NCBI RefSeq assembly: GCF_037042905.1
Contig: NW_026974140.1
Coordinates: forward strand, 1,490,001-1,554,000
Source of the DNA: Lytechinus pictus
Taxonomy: Eukaryota
DNA length: 64,000 nucleotides
Direction of reading: 5' to 3'
Shown: positions 63,097-64,000 of the stretch, piece after piece
How positions within the stretch are numbered: the first letter of the stretch is position 1
How the letters are laid out: every line of letters starts with the position of its first letter
Notes under the pieces: model-generated
Database searches by the model: none
The model's input: only the letters and a program-made list of their open reading frames with translations
Told to the model about the DNA's origin: nothing
Made by a program: the position numbers and the translations under genes

Positions 63097-63655
63097 AAAG
63101 TTGGTGAGCATGCCTCTGTACAACCTAATATTTATCATGTTCATTGATTCAATGTAAAACACACAACAAAATATTGTAAAAATGTGAGCACCTTTTGAAA
63201 GAAAATATTGTATCATGAATATGTAATTTCACTGTAAAAGATTTTTTTTCACAGTGAGTATGGCTAAAAATTCCATCGGATTGTTCTGATATTCTGAAAA
63301 TATTGAATATATGGAATAACAATTCTATGATTGTCCGAATCCAGGATAGTTTCTAAAAAGAAAATACAGAATTAATTCAAAACAGTATAAAGTAAAGAAA
63401 AATAAATTAAACAATTAAGTATTAATAACCTTTAAAAAATTGCTATCACAGATGGGAAACATCTATGATAAATAAGTTTCCACTTTATGTTTGAAATAGC
63501 AGATATATAGATTCACAAAATAACAAAATGCCAAAAGAAGGTATTGACTAAGATGAATAGTATTTGCTATAAATGTAAATTGGTTATATGCTCTGATTTT
63601 TTTAAATAAATACTTTAAGTTGAAATGTGGAACAACCAGTTTTCATCTATGTATG

Positions 63656-64000
63656 CAAGGCTCGACATTAGCGGTGGCCCGGTGGCCCGGGGCCACCAAA
63701 TATTCACCTCGGGCAACCATTATTGATAAAATGTTAAGTTTTGGTGGCCCGAATCGGGCAACCAATAATTTTCAAAGTAGCGCAATTTTTCTCCCAATTT
63801 TGCACGCATTTATCAACTTTCTACAGCTCAAATTGCAAGCCAGTTCGTCATGCGCCTTTTTTGTTGATCTACACACAAATACACACACACACAGTTTGCA
63901 TATTAGGCCTACAGCTATAGCATACAGTAGCTATTATCCAGCCAGCCGCGCCGGCCGGCTGGCGTGAGCTTTGCATGAAGCCACTGCATACAGCTGTGCT
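63656..64000. mobile_element. Left end of a probable hAT-type MITE running off the window
   Basis: CAAGGCTCGACATTAGCGG followed by repeated GGTGGCCCG subterminal motifs; the other end is not in the window. Confidence 0.4.

Overview
This is AT-rich, intron-rich animal genomic DNA. The repeat families suggest an invertebrate deuterostome, probably a sea urchin; that is an inference, not something shown directly. The only host gene I can support is a divergent Sema-domain (semaphorin-like) gene on the + strand, which the ORF track misses. It has three well-supported, phase-compatible exons (11105-11239, 58513-58672, 60925-61065) and three candidate micro-exons upstream. Its ~47 kb intron (11240-58512) is mostly a stack of nested transposons that can be reconstructed junction by junction from target-site duplications (TSDs) and rejoined flanks. 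The stack starts from a Helentron/HINE-type repeat, which is split by a 9.6 kb terminal-inverted-repeat (TIR) element and by a CR1-group LINE. The 9.6 kb element carries an AcademH-like insert with a RecQ-helicase relic and a 9-bp TSD. The LINE is itself split by an 11 kb Kolobok-like element and a 4.7 kb piggyBac-like element. Further along the intron are Harbinger-type elements and an L2-group LINE carrying a 2A-like peptide (LLLISGDINPNPGP); the middle of that LINE is replaced by a decayed DIRS/Ngaro-like sequence. A stand-alone, intact LINE-ORF1-like gene lies near the right end. No rRNA, true tRNA or CRISPR array was found. Most short ORFs in the supplied track are spurious. All family assignments come from motif and terminus recognition by eye; no database search was run.
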